A stretch of 64,000 bases of DNA from Desulfobacteraceae bacterium (GCA_050302315.1 JBNLAV010000087.1:1357-65356), one strand, 5' to 3'; positions 19,082-27,053 are shown, counted from the stretch's first letter. Translations and numbers: made by a program. The notes: generated by a model not told the origin, from the sequence alone.

Positions 19082-19188
19082 CTAAGACCACTAATCGTCC
19101 CGCATTATTTGAGCTGTCAAAACACTGACGTATTTCTCACCTGACGGTGTGTAGCGGCAGCGGAACACCGCCTATGCGCAGAATATGA

Positions 19189-19551
19189 TTAAGTGATTTT
19201 TTGTGGTTGTTTATTATAACCCTTCTCACCATATGGTTTTAGCCTATCGGTCCATAGCTCCTCAAGAAACCGGAGATCCTCAGCGGGATCATAACTCGGA
19301 TCATCCAATGGTTTAAGTATTTCAAGCTCTTCAAAAACAAACGCCTCAGGGCCGAATTCCTTCCATTCTTCCTGTAACACAACATTTCGGCAGTTACCCA
19401 TCTTCAACTCAGTTTTAAAGCGATTCAGTATTGCCGGTAAATTGGAACTTGAACCAATTAGCATTTTACCATTGACCTTGTTGATAATCTGGAAGATACC
19501 CATTGGACGTGGAGTATCTTTGTATTCCTTTATCTTGGCTTTCCTATCCAT
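19189..19551 (-). CDS. Small GIY-YIG nuclease-superfamily protein
   Basis: GIFQIINKVNGKMLIGSSSNLPAILNRFK..FVFEELE fits the GIY..YIG..R/N..E pattern. ATG at 19551 lies 6 nt after AAAGGA. Confidence 0.6.
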   Translation of the reverse strand: MDRKAKIKEYKDTPRPMGIFQIINKVNGKMLIGSSSNLPAILNRFKTELKMGNCRNVVLQEEWKEFGPEAFVFEELEILKPLDDPSYDPAEDLRFLEELWTDRLKPYGEKGYNKQPQKIT

Positions 19552-19643
19552 TTTCATTCCTTTGGTAATTGTAACACTTAGCGCTGCGAATAGCCGGGGC
19601 AAATGAATCGCAGCGGAATCTGCATCCGGGTTAGTTTTCTATG

Positions 19644-20489
19644 TCAGGCTTTCTTTGCCATAAAAATCGCGGCTCGTTCCAACCCGGCATCACGATGGAC
19701 TTCGCCTTTGTGAAATTCCTCGCTTTCAATCGTTGCCAAAAGGTTACGCCGCTGAGGATAGCGGACAAATATAAAGTGATCCCAGCTGTCTGTGAGCATA
19801 CAATCCTCGCGACTGCCAAATAGGCAAATGGGGTTTCCGCCATAAACGGGGTATGCACCTCTACGCAGCAGTTCAAATCCAGCAATCTTGGAATAGCGCT
19901 GATAGGCTTCCCTGCCGCTGATCTTTTTGGCGTCATCGCCAAAATCCTTATATTCTGCAACTGGCTTGTATTTATTCAGGTTGTAGACAAAAAGCGGCTC
20001 GTCAAGATCTTGATCTCTTGCCACTGCCATTTGACTTTCATCAGGCCAAACAGCGACATTGTCAGCTTTCCAAGTAGCCGCCGGTATGCCTCTATCGATG
20101 ATACCTTTGAACAACCGAACAATCCATGAGATACGCTTTATCAAATGAAAAGTAATCGATGGTTCCGGCGTAATCGCAAGAACAAAATACTCAGTGCAAA
20201 CCTTCTTTAGTGCATCATCGAAGGCCGAAATAAAGTCGAAAGCCGCTTGGATCGATGAAAATTGGTCGATGACAATTTCATCTACCTGCATCCCCTCCCG
20301 AGCGACAGGATCGGCTTTAACTCGAAACAACCTTTTGCAACCAAAACTATCTTTGCTCTCCTTTAACCAGTTGTCATAGCCCTTTGAATCACTAATTTTG
20401 AGGTGATAGACAAAGGCCAGCCTTCTTACACCTGCATCTTCTGCGGCTTTGCGGCAGAACTCTTTATCTATTGAGAGGGGCATATACAT
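19644..20489 (-). CDS. Hypothetical protein, possibly tandem DUF1330-like (dimeric alpha/beta-barrel) domains
   Basis: 281-aa ORF in the AT-rich island. C-terminal WDHFIFVRYPQRRNLLATIESEEFHKGEVHRDAGLERAAIFMA resembles DUF1330. Weak assignment. Confidence 0.35.
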   Translation of the reverse strand: MYMPLSIDKEFCRKAAEDAGVRRLAFVYHLKISDSKGYDNWLKESKDSFGCKRLFRVKADPVAREGMQVDEIVIDQFSSIQAAFDFISAFDDALKKVCTEYFVLAITPEPSITFHLIKRISWIVRLFKGIIDRGIPAATWKADNVAVWPDESQMAVARDQDLDEPLFVYNLNKYKPVAEYKDFGDDAKKISGREAYQRYSKIAGFELLRRGAYPVYGGNPICLFGSREDCMLTDSWDHFIFVRYPQRRNLLATIESEEFHKGEVHRDAGLERAAIFMAKKA

Positions 20490-20637
20490 TTCAATTCTTT
20501 ATTGAGGCCTGAACGTTCGCCCTCTCAGGAGAGCAGGGGATGACGACCTTGCCTGAGGCTGGTTATCACCAAACTGTGCATACGATACAGTGGCTCGACC
20601 CGGCGAATCTTGTGCATCGTGTTGTTCGGTGATTCTC

Positions 20638-20997
20638 TTATTCCTCGAGCCATTTATATGCTTGTTCCAAATTGTCAAAATACGCTTCAGCCTCTGATTT
20701 GATATTTGGCGTCATAAACTTTGCCGGTGCAACAAGCGCTGTCCTATAAAAGGAGGATTTGAGAACCTTATTATCTGTCAAATATTTCCTCAAAATCTTC
20801 AAACACTGAATTGATTCAAAATTGTGCTTATTCGTATCGAATATTAAAGCCAATTTATTTGAACTTCGAATCGTTTTCAATTCTTTATTAAACCTATCTT
20901 TCCACTTTTCAATCATATCTAAAGTTACAAAGTCGGGCATGGTTACCACATACCCGTTAATTCTTTTGTCGAAAATAAATTTTATTCTATTTTGCAT
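20638..20997 (-). CDS. Hypothetical protein (119 aa), possibly STAS/SpoIIAA-like fold
   Basis: ATG at 20997 (the tracked TTG at 21018 is less likely). Very AT-rich codon usage. No firm family. Confidence 0.4.
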   Translation of the reverse strand: MQNRIKFIFDKRINGYVVTMPDFVTLDMIEKWKDRFNKELKTIRSSNKLALIFDTNKHNFESIQCLKILRKYLTDNKVLKSSFYRTALVAPAKFMTPNIKSEAEAYFDNLEQAYKWLEE

Positions 20998-21118
20998 GTC
21001 AAGGTAACCGAACGGCAAGCATCATAGGTTGCATCAAACACAGCGGAATGCAATCCTATGAAAGACAGGATATATTTTTGCCTTATTTACAGGTTTATCG
21101 AATAGACCTGACAAAAGG

Positions 21119-21838
21119 TCAATCCCTGGATCCCCCGATCAGATTTTCGACGGCGTCGGTCACCCGTTCCAATTCATGCATCGATCCGATCTGCACGACC
21201 TGGATATCGCGAACGAGCTCGGGAATTTCTACGGAGCCCAGCAGCACCGGCAGGAGTTTTTTCGCGATGCTTTCATCGGTGGACAGCACGCGTGATAACA
21301 GGGCGCCCATGTACTCGGATATCCCGCTGGAAATGATGACGATGATCAGATCGGCGAAGGCAACGCTTTTTCCGATCTCATTCTGCCAATCGATGTCTGC
21401 GGACAAGCCCATCATGGCCGAAGCGGTGACACGATAGCCTTTGGCGATCAGCTGCGCCGCCAGGCGGCTGGCAACCATGCCGTCGGCGGTGGAGTGCGAT
21501 AGAAGTATGTTTCCTTTGGCGTTTGCCATTGCGGCTCTTTTTTCTTCGGTGTCGAATGTCAGCCAGTGGTTGAGGACCACCCGCTCCCCGTTCGCCATGT
21601 ACACTTCCGCCTTGATATTGAACTCGCCCCATCCGCTGCCTGAGAGTTTGAATTTGGAGTTTATGTCGGCAACGGAATGCTCGGGGTTCCGAAAGGTCGG
21701 GTGAAGGTGGTAGGTGACCGACTCGACCCGGCCGTCCTCGACAGCAGCGCCTTCCAGCCAGACGTTCCAGCCCCAAACGCGTTTGCCGCGGTATTCCGAA
21801 TTATTGACCAGCCTGATATCTTCCGGTGGATGTGCCAT
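21119..21838 (-). CDS. Prokaryotic YEATS-like (pYEATS) domain fused to a C-terminal TIR-like domain
   Basis: ATG at 21838 follows GAGGAAGG and lies 1 nt after the upstream stop. N-terminal RVWGWNVWLEG..VESVTYHLHPTFRNPEHSV..KFKLSGSGWGEFNIKAEVYMANGERVVLNHWLTF matches my recollection of the pYEATS motif (V.Y.LHP.F...GWG.F.I). C-terminal ILLSHSTADG..LAAQLIAKGYRV..ADLIIVIISSG..LLPVLLGSVEIPE is TIR/flavodoxin-like. Confidence 0.65.
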   Translation of the reverse strand: MAHPPEDIRLVNNSEYRGKRVWGWNVWLEGAAVEDGRVESVTYHLHPTFRNPEHSVADINSKFKLSGSGWGEFNIKAEVYMANGERVVLNHWLTFDTEEKRAAMANAKGNILLSHSTADGMVASRLAAQLIAKGYRVTASAMMGLSADIDWQNEIGKSVAFADLIIVIISSGISEYMGALLSRVLSTDESIAKKLLPVLLGSVEIPELVRDIQVVQIGSMHELERVTDAVENLIGGSRD

Positions 21839-21839
21839 T

Positions 21840-22529
21840 TTAACCTTCCTCAAGATCGACGGAAACCCACTGCGGGGTGTTGATGGATTCCGCCCGACCG
21901 GCGTTGGAGTGTGTCTGGACCTGGATCAGCGCCCCATCGGGAACATTGGGCAAATCCAGAAAGCACCCCCCGGGCTCACGGGAGAGAGCGGTTTCCTGCC
22001 AGTCCGAATAGGCCCCGTTGCTGTAAAAGCGATAGCGCCATTCTGCGTTGGTGCCGTAATCCAGGGCGATCTGGTCGGGCTGAATTTTCAATTTGAGCTG
22101 GCGTCCCGACTCCTTTTTCCAAATGCCCAACGTGGCCGAAAGACGGAGAAAGGCCGTCAGGCTGTCTCCGGGGTCGTAGGGGATGTATTCATTTTGCTGG
22201 TACATGCCGCCGGTTTCAACGCCGGATTCGATCAGGGCAATGGCGCGCATGTTGCGCCCCCTGGCGTGCCCGTATTCGTCCTGCACCCACTGGTGGGTGG
22301 TCCAGCCACCGTTGGCCAATTGTTCCCGGCGGGTCATCAGGGCGATGAGCGCGTCGCTCTCCTCGATCAGCCTTCTGACTTCATCCGTCAGCGGACCGCC
22401 CCCCAAAGCTGCACCGGTGGCAAATTCGAGGCCGTGGCTGCGAAGCAGTCCTTCGACACGATTGGCCAGGTGTCGATCAGGGGAATCAAAATCATCCGAA
22501 AAATGATAGGAGACGAAGATTTTTTGCAT
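21840..22529 (-). CDS. TIR-domain protein with unassigned beta-rich C-terminal domain
   Basis: ATG at 22529. KIFVSYHFSDD..LLRSHGLEF..LIEESDALIALMT..HQWVQDEYGHA..RAIALIE matches bacterial TIR/TIR_2 core motifs, including a W...E candidate catalytic Glu. The last ~85 aa (RQLKLKIQPDQIALDYG..VQTHSNAGRAESINTPQWVSVDLEEG) are unassigned. Confidence 0.7.
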   Translation of the reverse strand: MQKIFVSYHFSDDFDSPDRHLANRVEGLLRSHGLEFATGAALGGGPLTDEVRRLIEESDALIALMTRREQLANGGWTTHQWVQDEYGHARGRNMRAIALIESGVETGGMYQQNEYIPYDPGDSLTAFLRLSATLGIWKKESGRQLKLKIQPDQIALDYGTNAEWRYRFYSNGAYSDWQETALSREPGGCFLDLPNVPDGALIQVQTHSNAGRAESINTPQWVSVDLEEG

Positions 22530-22614
22530 AGCTTTTCTCAGATTCGGATTTGCATTTAAAATAAAAGAATGGGTGCGCAACGCCTGAGTATCAGGAAACC
22601 GGCGTTTGACTCTA

Positions 22615-22644
22615 AAAATACGGCAAACCAAAGGGTTGTGTCAA
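22615..22644 (-). promoter_or_regulatory. Candidate sigma70-type promoter of the TIR operon
   Basis: Minus strand: TTGACA (22644-22639), 18-nt spacer, TATTTT (22620-22615), about 85 nt upstream of the ATG at 22529. Confidence 0.35.
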
Positions 22645-22787
22645 TCCCCCTGATGGTTCGGCAGTAATTCTGACTGAACAGGTTCATTAAACCCGGCCTT
22701 GAACGTGCAGGCTGTCGGTAAGGCGGGATGCACCTTATCGCACGGTTGGAGGACAACGCCTGGATCCCCACGCCGGGAAACACCGAC

Positions 22788-22823
22788 AATAAAAAAGGGA
22801 ACCGCCAACCGGACGGTTCCCTT
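22788..22823 (-). terminator. Rho-independent terminator after rpsI
   Basis: Minus strand: GGGAACCG / 9-nt loop / CGGTTCCC, followed by TTTTTTATT. Begins about 25 nt after the rpsI stop. Confidence 0.8.
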
Positions 22824-22848
22824 GTATAGGCTGATAGGATGTATCGAA

Positions 22849-23244
22849 TTAACGCTTGGAGAACTGGAAGCGCGCGCGGGCGCCTTTCTGACCGTACTTT
22901 TTACGTTCTTTCTGACGCGGGTCGCGGCGGACGAACCCGGCCTTCTTCAATGCAGAGCGCAGGTCCGGATCGAATTCCATCAATGCCCGGGTAATGCCGT
23001 GACGAATGGCTCCGGCTTGTCCCATGATACCGCCGCCAACCACCTGAACCTTGATATCGAACTTTTCCTGGTTGTTGGTCAGCATGAGGGGCTGGGAGAT
23101 GATGGTTTTGGCCGTATAGACGCGGAAATAGTCTTCCAGGGGCCGGCCGTTGATGCTGATCTGGCCGTTGCCCGGGGTGATCCAGGTCCTGGCGATGGCG
23201 TTTTTGCGTTTTCCGGTTGCGTAGAAAGTATTTTCTTGAGCCAT
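22849..23244 (-). CDS. rpsI: 30S ribosomal protein S9
   Basis: [48 protein letters not shown]. Confidence 0.97.
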   Translation of the reverse strand: MAQENTFYATGKRKNAIARTWITPGNGQISINGRPLEDYFRVYTAKTIISQPLMLTNNQEKFDIKVQVVGGGIMGQAGAIRHGITRALMEFDPDLRSALKKAGFVRRDPRQKERKKYGQKGARARFQFSKR

Positions 23245-23278
23245 TTAAATCCCCAAAAATGTTTTGCGTTGAAATGGT

Positions 23279-23713
23279 TTAAATTTTAAGCGTTTCAGGC
23301 AGTTGGGCGCTGTGTGGATGATCGGCGCCGGCATACACTTTAAGCTTTTTGAAAAGCTGACGGCCGAGGCGATTCTTGGGCAGCATGCCTTTGACGGCAT
23401 GGCTGACCACGTCCTCGGGACGTTTTTCCAGTAGTTTTTTGGCGTTGATGGTCTTGAGACCGCCCATGTATCCGCTGTGACGATAGTAATTTTTCTGTTC
23501 CATTTTCCGGCCGGTGAGTTTGATTTTGGCGGCGTTGATCACCACCACGGTGTCACCGGTGTCCACATGGGGAGTGTACATGGGATTGAATTTGCCTTTG
23601 AGACGGGCGGCAACCTGGGTGGCCAGCCTTCCGAGAACGGCGCCTTCCGCATCCACGACATACCACTTATTGGGATTGTCGCTCTTTTTAGCGCTAACGG
23701 TATATTTTTTCAC
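23279..23713 (-). CDS. rplM: 50S ribosomal protein L13
   Basis: [55 protein letters not shown] start after AGGAG. Confidence 0.97.
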   Translation of the reverse strand: MKKYTVSAKKSDNPNKWYVVDAEGAVLGRLATQVAARLKGKFNPMYTPHVDTGDTVVVINAAKIKLTGRKMEQKNYYRHSGYMGGLKTINAKKLLEKRPEDVVSHAVKGMLPKNRLGRQLFKKLKVYAGADHPHSAQLPETLKI

Positions 23714-23749
23714 AGCATTTATCTCCTGTTCGTGATTCAGAATCGGGAA

Positions 23750-23778
23750 TTACTAAAGGAAATATCATTCCAAGTCAA
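23750..23778 (-). promoter_or_regulatory. Candidate sigma70-type promoter for rplM-rpsI
   Basis: Minus strand: TTGACT (23778-23773), 17-nt spacer, TAGTAA (23755-23750). Confidence 0.35.
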
Positions 23779-23955
23779 GGGAAAAATACGAGATTTGGGC
23801 GAATTTTCCTTGCGGTCTGCTCCTGCCGGTCCCATCTGAAGCGCGGCGATACGGTGACTATCTTTTTGACATCGCGGGCCAAAAATGATTTGTGGATGCC
23901 AGCGCACCGGTTGTACCGGTGTATGACAAACAAAACGAAAATTCAAGAACGGATC

Positions 23956-24573
23956 ATGGATCAATCTGCGGACCATCTTGAAATCGAGGTCAAATTCCAC
24001 TTGAAGCAGCCCGGAGCGCTGCACCGGCACCTCATGGACCTGGGGGCGACAGCCCGGCCTGAACGCTTTGAGCGCAACTTACGGTTCGAAGACGCGGACC
24101 ACTCCCTCAAAGCGGGCCGGAAGCTCTTGCGCCTGCGCCACGACGATACCTGCCGTCTCACGTTTAAATCCAGGCCTTCGCCCATGAAAACGGAATGCAA
24201 GGTGTACCGCGAATTGGAGGTCACGGTCAGCGACTTCGACACCATGCAGGGCATTCTCAACGGGTTGGGATTCAAAGCGGTGCAAACCTATGAAAAACGT
24301 CGGCGGATCTTGTCCTGGAACCGTGTGGAATTGTGCATCGACACCATGCCCTATGGCACTTTTCTCGAGATTGAGGGGGCCGAGGCCGATATCAGGGCGG
24401 CGGCCGCGCTGTTGGGCCTGCCCTGGGAGAAGCGCATCCTGGCCAACTACCTGGCGATCTTCGAGGTGCTGCGATCGCGGTACAACCTGCCCTTTAACGA
24501 CGTGACGTTTGAGAACTTCGCACAATATCCCGCCGACATCACCCCCCTGCTGGACGAATTGGAGGCGGGTTGA
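23956..24573 (+). CDS. CYTH-domain protein (class IV adenylate cyclase / triphosphate tunnel metalloenzyme family)
   Basis: LEIEVKFHL (the ExExK motif), LRLRHDD..LTFK, ELEVTVSD, ELCIDTMPYGTFLEIEG. The start is uncertain (23956 or 23923). Confidence 0.75.
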   Translation: MDQSADHLEIEVKFHLKQPGALHRHLMDLGATARPERFERNLRFEDADHSLKAGRKLLRLRHDDTCRLTFKSRPSPMKTECKVYRELEVTVSDFDTMQGILNGLGFKAVQTYEKRRRILSWNRVELCIDTMPYGTFLEIEGAEADIRAAAALLGLPWEKRILANYLAIFEVLRSRYNLPFNDVTFENFAQYPADITPLLDELEAG

Positions 24574-24583
24574 CCGGATCGCC

Positions 24584-25351
24584 ATGCCCCATGCGACCAT
24601 CAAATCGATCCGTTTCTTTTGCCTGAATCTGCGCTTCGGCCTGGCCGATGACGGCCCGGACGGCTGGACCCATCGGAAGCGGTGCTACCCTGCCCTGCTC
24701 GAACAGTACCCCTGCGACTTTTACGGCTTTCAGGAGGCCAATGATTTCCAGGTCACCTATCTTCAGGAGTTGCTGCCCGATCATGGCGTGATCGGCCGTC
24801 GATCCCCTGCGCCTGACCGCTGGCAGCACAATGTGATTTTCCATCACCGGCGCTGGAAGTGTATGCACAGCGATCATTTCTACCTCAGCCGCACGCCGGA
24901 TGTGCCCAGCAAGTTTCCCCGGTCCAAATGGCCGCGCCAGTGCACCATCGGTGTCTTCCAAAGCGACGACACGCAGGTCACCGCCATCAATACCCATTTT
25001 GATTTCGAACCGGATATTCAGCGCAAGAGCGCTTTGTTGATTGTCAAACGCCTGCAGGATGTGGCGCCCGAAGGTCCCGCGGTGCTCATGGGCGACCTCA
25101 ACGCCGGCCCCGGGTCCAGTTGCATTGAAGCGCTCACCAGCCCGGCTTCGGGTTTCAAGAGTGCATTCGGGGCATCGTCCCGGGGCACTTTTCATGGATT
25201 CAGCGGCGTCGCCCGGGGGCCTAATATCGATTGGATTCTGTATCGCGGCGCTTTGGAAAGGCGTGATGCGGTCGTGGCGACGGATCGATACGACGGACGG
25301 TACCCGTCGGACCATTTTCCGCTGACCGCTTCGTTCAGGCCGGTCGCGTAG
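24584..25351 (+). CDS. Endonuclease/exonuclease/phosphatase (EEP) family protein
   Basis: FFCLNLRFG, GFQEAN, NTHFDF, LMGDLNA and the terminal SDHFPLTASF, the EEP catalytic motifs. Confidence 0.8.
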   Translation: MPHATIKSIRFFCLNLRFGLADDGPDGWTHRKRCYPALLEQYPCDFYGFQEANDFQVTYLQELLPDHGVIGRRSPAPDRWQHNVIFHHRRWKCMHSDHFYLSRTPDVPSKFPRSKWPRQCTIGVFQSDDTQVTAINTHFDFEPDIQRKSALLIVKRLQDVAPEGPAVLMGDLNAGPGSSCIEALTSPASGFKSAFGASSRGTFHGFSGVARGPNIDWILYRGALERRDAVVATDRYDGRYPSDHFPLTASFRPVA

Positions 25352-25406
25352 CACGATATCCGGAGGATCCGCGGGTTTTCAGAGCGCAGCGGCGTACCGC
25401 CGCTCA

Positions 25407-25742
25407 CTATTTCATTCGCTTGCAGCTCACATTGGCATTGAGGGCGCCGCCGGCCTCCACCACCAGATCGTGGCATTTCACCTCACCGGAGCATTTGCCG
25501 GTGGAGAGGATGACCAATGCCTTATCCGCTTCCACCTGTCCGTCGAACACCCCGCCGATGGTGATTTCGTTGGCGTGGGCATCCGCATAGACCGCCCCTT
25601 CTTCGGCGATGACCACGTTGTCGCCGGTCACGGCGCCTTTGACGATTCCCTTGATAACCAACCGGCCCTTTCCGGTAACCGTGCCGTCGACGGTAAACCC
25701 TTCATCGATGATCGAGAATTTCTTGGGCGTTTCTTTTTTCAC
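25407..25742 (-). CDS. Bactofilin (polymer-forming cytoskeletal protein)
   Basis: Beta-helix repeat pattern DGTVTGKGRLVIKGIVKGAVTGDNVVIAEEGAVYADAHANEITIGGVFDGQVEADKALVILSTGKCSGEVKCHDLVVEAGG. The GTG start overlaps the upstream stop (GTGA). Confidence 0.85.
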   Translation of the reverse strand: MKKETPKKFSIIDEGFTVDGTVTGKGRLVIKGIVKGAVTGDNVVIAEEGAVYADAHANEITIGGVFDGQVEADKALVILSTGKCSGEVKCHDLVVEAGGALNANVSCKRMK

Positions 25743-26998
25743 CTTGTATCTCCTTCGACTTTCGGTTGCGGTGCAGTGGCCGGTGTTTCAGTTTCCGGTG
25801 GCGTTTCGGTTTGGGTCGGGATATCGGATGCACCGTCCTCCGGAGTACCGGCGGGGGGTGAATCAACGATATCGGGCGGCGTGTCCGCCTGAGGCGCTTC
25901 TGCCGGTGCCTCGGCCGGTTGAACTGCGGGGGGTTTTTCCGCCGGGGTCGGACCGCTCTCCGGCGCAGGCACGACGGGCACAGCGCCCGGCTTGCCCTGG
26001 GTGTCGGACACCGCCGGCTCAGCCCCCTGGGTCGGCTGCGCCGCATCCTGTGCCGGTTCCACGGCTGGCGCCGTCGCCGGTGTTGCCGGCGCCTTTGTTT
26101 CAGCGGGCGGGGCCGGTTGGGGCGCAGGCTCTTTTTTCGGCGGCGGTGGCGGCGGAGTTTCGATTTTGAAGGCGAAATCTTTGCTGGCCAGCATTTTTCC
26201 ATCTTCGGAAAAGATGTAAACGGTCGCCGTATTGAATTGTACCGGCGCTTTCTGACGGTAAGCCCTGAAGGTCATGGTGAGGTAGTTGCGTACCCTGAAG
26301 GTCTGCCCCTGCTTTCCGCCGGGTTCGCCGCTGTTGAGCTGCACCCGGGGTACCGGCATCCACTTGACGGGGGGCTCGTCCTGCACCTTGAAGACGACGA
26401 CGCTGCGGCCCGCAAGCCGTTTTTTCGGATTGGATGTGTTGTAGATCCGGAACTGGGCTTTCAATACTTCCTGCTTGGCATCATATTCGGCGGAGAACCG
26501 GCGGATATCCGCATTCCAGTTCACCTCGGGCTCGGGCGGCTTGGCCGGCGCTTCTTTCTTTTTGACGGGCTCGGCGGCTTCCGCTTTGACGCTGGTGTCG
26601 ACTTCGGGTGCGCCCTTGTCGCCGTCCATTTTCGCTGCGGCCGCCGGTTCTTCGGATTTGGAGTCCTCTTCCGGTGTGTTTTTCGCGGCGGCATTCTCCT
26701 GGGTCTGGGTCACCATCAGCTTTGTCAGGTAAAGATCTTTTTCATCCCGCAGCTTGCTGATCTGTGCCTGGGCGTCCTTCAACTCACTCTTCAAGCGCAC
26801 AAGTTCCGGTCCCTGGCTGATGTAGAGGATTGCCAAAACGATGGCGGCCGCAAGCAGAAGGATCGACAGGCAGCAAACGCTCAATGCGATCCCTTTAAAA
26901 TGCCTGAAAGGAATAACACGGCCTCGATCCCCTACCAGCATGACGCTCCAGTAGCGATCCTTTTTGGGTGCAAGTTTTCCGTTCTCTTCTTTGCTCAC
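25739..26998 (-). CDS. Membrane-anchored coiled-coil protein with a long Pro/Ala/Glu-rich low-complexity C-terminus
   Basis: TM IALSVCCLSILLLAAAIVLAILYI, then a coiled coil (LKSELKDAQAQISKLRDEKDLYLTKL), a beta-rich middle domain, and ~140 aa of PAPQPAPPAETKAPATPATAP..-type sequence. Confidence 0.6.
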   Translation of the reverse strand: MSKEENGKLAPKKDRYWSVMLVGDRGRVIPFRHFKGIALSVCCLSILLLAAAIVLAILYISQGPELVRLKSELKDAQAQISKLRDEKDLYLTKLMVTQTQENAAAKNTPEEDSKSEEPAAAAKMDGDKGAPEVDTSVKAEAAEPVKKKEAPAKPPEPEVNWNADIRRFSAEYDAKQEVLKAQFRIYNTSNPKKRLAGRSVVVFKVQDEPPVKWMPVPRVQLNSGEPGGKQGQTFRVRNYLTMTFRAYRQKAPVQFNTATVYIFSEDGKMLASKDFAFKIETPPPPPPKKEPAPQPAPPAETKAPATPATAPAVEPAQDAAQPTQGAEPAVSDTQGKPGAVPVVPAPESGPTPAEKPPAVQPAEAPAEAPQADTPPDIVDSPPAGTPEDGASDIPTQTETPPETETPATAPQPKVEGDTR

Positions 26999-27053
26999 GA
27001 TGTTAACTGCTCTCCGTAGTAAGAATTCCAGATGGAACGATGCGTTGATAGGA

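Noticed and set aside
20598-20618. Apparent relationship between cccggcgaatcttgtgcatc (island spacer) and cccggggaatcttgtgcacc (55165-55184, the tRNA-adjacent element).
   Set aside because: This is only a 17/20 match. A rough estimate suggests hundreds of such matches are expected by chance among all position pairs in a 64-kb window, so it is not evidence of a shared repeat.
21119-22529. Calling the TIR pair a Thoeris system.
   Set aside because: Thoeris needs a ThsA-type effector (SIR2 or TM/Macro with a SLOG-like sensor). Nothing of that kind is adjacent, and the neighbours are a 119-aa unknown and rpsI. It is therefore kept as an unclassified TIR system.
17920-22790. Prophage, IS or integrative element as the origin of the accessory region.
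   Set aside because: No integrase, transposase, phage structural genes, terminal inverted repeats or flanking tRNA/direct repeats could be found. The right boundary is simply the rpsI terminator.
25702-27019. Alternative-frame ORFs across the proline-rich region (25919-27019 plus 366 aa, 25702-26202 minus 166 aa, 25609-26169 plus 186 aa).
   Set aside because: These are frame shadows of the low-complexity Pro/Ala-rich tail and of the rest of the 419-aa minus-strand gene. That gene has a proper start, a TM segment and translational coupling to the bactofilin gene.
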